A stretch of DNA of 63,911 nt, counting the filler, from Chiloscyllium plagiosum (taxonomy: Eukaryota), in assembly GCF_004010195.1 (NCBI RefSeq). It is 6 parts of one record of this genome, joined end to end, with 100 filler letters (N's around TTAATTAATTAA, not from the genome) between each part and the next. Parts side by side here need not be neighbours in the genome. Positions count along the whole stretch, not along the records: positions 61,761 to 63,911 come from NC_057712.1; 5 more parts are not named here. One strand, given 5' to 3'. The notes under the pieces were generated by a model. It was not told where the DNA came from and made no database searches. It saw nothing but the letters and a program-made list of their open reading frames with translations. Positions within the stretch are counted from its first letter, which is position 1, and each line of letters begins with the position of its first letter. Both the position numbers and the translations under genes were made by a program. Positions 61,761 to 63,911 of this stretch are shown here, in pieces.

Positions 61761-63911
61761 AGCTCATCCTCTTAAATTCTTGGTAGATGCTTTTTCTAAA
61801 CTGGTAAGTCTCAAGTCTCGGCACATCATTATAGGGGGAAATTTTAACTGCCTCATGGACCCCACAGTAGACAGGTTGCCTAAAGGTCGCTCGATACCCT
61901 CTGCACAAACTAAACAGTTATTGGGTTTGTGTGGGGAATTAGGATTGGTGGATGTCTGGAGGTGTTTTCACCCGACAGGTAGGGATTACACGTTTTTCTC
62001 CAATCTGCACAGATGTCACACGAGGATTAATTTTTTTCTGACCCCTGCGGTAACCCTGGATCTGGTGGCATCCTATACGATTGGTAATATTGCCATCTCT
62101 GATCATGCTCCAGTGTACCTCATGGTTAAAATTAAGGATGTTACAGTAGATTCAAGGTACTGGTGAATGGATCCCTTTATTTTCATGGACAGCAAGTTTG
62201 TGGTGTATTTCTCTAGGGAATTTCGGGCATTCCTAGACATCAACATAGGCTCGGTTGATAGCTCATCTGTTCTCTGGGAAACTGCCAAAGCTTATGCCAG
62301 AGTGTTAGTTATTCCATATTCCACCAGGAGGAAGCGGCAGAAGAGTGAGCAGCAATGTCTGCTTGAAGCACGGTTGAAGGCAGTCGAGAAGGCCTATTTT
62401 GACAGACCCTCGTTGGTCAACTACAGAGGATTACGGCACTGCGGTCTGCACTAAATTTCGTGCTCACGCAGACTGCAAATAAGGAGCTGGCATTTGCAAA
62501 GCAAAGGTTATACGAGCATGGTGACAAGCCAGGCAAATACTTAGCATACCTTGCCAGAAAGAGAAGTGCCCCACAAACCATTACAGCGATTAGGGAAGGG
62601 TCTGGGAACCTAACATGTGATTCTAAAAAGATTAATGTGGCGTTCCAGAGATTCTACTCTAAATTATATCAGTCTGAGTATTGTGAGGAGGGGCAGGCTA
62701 AAATGGAATCCTTTTTTAGAGATCTGAAGCTCCCAGGTGTGACTCCCGAACAACAGTCCTATCTCAATGCCCCATTATCAGATCAAGAAGTAGAGGAAGC
62801 TGTGAGGCAGCTTCAGAGTGGAAAGGCGCCCGGTCCTGATGGACTTCCCAGTGAATTCTATAAGGAATTTATAAGTATACTGTCAGGCCCGATGCTGAAT
62901 ATGTTTAATGATTCATACAGTCATGATTGTCTCCCACTATCTCTGAAAGAGGCCAATATTTCACTTAGCCTTAAAAAAGGGAAGGATCCGGAAGAATGTG
63001 CTTCATACAGGCCCATCTCGCTCTTAAGTGTGGACCTTAAGATCCTTTCTAAGGCTCTTGCGTTAAGGCTGGAGACTGTGTTACCTTCTATTATTAAAGA
63101 GGATCAGATGGGCTTCATAAAGGGTCGCAGATTCTCCAATAACGTTAGGAGGCTTTAAAGTTAACGTAATTCAAGCATGCCAACAGCAGTCAATACAGGG
63201 ATTGATGATTTCTTTAGATGCAGAGAAGGCATTTGACCGAGTTGAGTGGCCGTACCTTTTCTATACTCTCGACCGGTTTGGTCTGGGCGAAGTTTTCATA
63301 AGATGGGTAAAGGTTCTCTCCAGTGTACCTCTTGCTGCGGTCATTACCAATGGGGTACGATCAAGCAATTTTAATATTTCACTATTACTTTTTACATTGG
63401 TGATTGAACCGTTGGCAGAGGCCATTCATGGGGATCTCAATATATCAGCTCCAGAAGTGGGGTCAAAATTACATAAGATCTCGCTGTATGCAGACGATGT
63501 TCTAATTTTCTTGACAAATCCAGCAGTTTCAGTGCCTTGCCTGATACAATGCATTCACGCGTTTGCCGCTTTTTCAGGGTATAAGATTAATTTTGCTAAA
63601 TCAGAGGCCATGCCTATGGGTGGCCTTACGAAAGAGTTGGCTCTTGAGAGTGACTATAAATTCCCATTTAGGTGGTAACGGGGGGGTTTTGTGTATTTGG
63701 GCATATTCATTACTCCAGTTTTGGATTGGCTGTTCAAAGCCAATTTTACTCAATTATTTGAAAAAATTAAACAAGATCTCCAAAGATAGGAGGCACTTCC
63801 AGTCTCATGGTTGGGTCGGAAAGCACTTATTAAGATGAATATTCTCCCTCGTTTGCTATACCCTATACGGATGCTCCCCCTGATTTTCAATAAACAAACA
63901 CTCAGGAGACT
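61761..63911 (+). mobile_element. L1-clade LINE ORF2 (APE endonuclease + reverse transcriptase), disrupted
   Basis: IIGGNFN, DVWR, YTFFS, SDHAPV (endonuclease); YEHGDKPGKYLA, KAPGPDG, YRPISLL, DQMGFIKGR, SLDAEKAFDRVEW, LYADD (RT); split over four ORFs by stops and frameshifts. Confidence 0.93.

Overview
This is eukaryotic, repeat-dominated genomic DNA, most likely from a shark or other cartilaginous fish. That inference rests on HE1/V-SINEs and HER1-like CR1 LINEs. The window is six contigs joined by five identical 100-nt spacers (44N-TTAATTAATTAA-44N), so adjacency across spacers is not evidence. I found no intact host protein-coding gene; nearly all recognisable ORFs in the track are retroelement fragments or their antisense/off-frame shadows. 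Content: many CR1 LINE fragments (one with its 5' UTR and ORF1 start), a degenerate L1 ORF2, Penelope-like elements (RT + GIY-YIG), HE1 and other tRNA-derived SINEs, a decayed LTR retroelement (LTR, PBS-like site, gag zinc knuckles, second LTR copy), a solo LTR, a Tigger-like MITE and minisatellites. The most notable signal is about ten Penelope-derived insertions from at least four sequence families. Most have 10-16 bp target-site duplications, several are foldback (inverted-arm) elements, and all carry minimal type-I hammerhead ribozyme cores, intact or decayed, with covarying stem II and a palindromic loopless stem III. Coordinates were read by eye and boundaries of old repeats are approximate.
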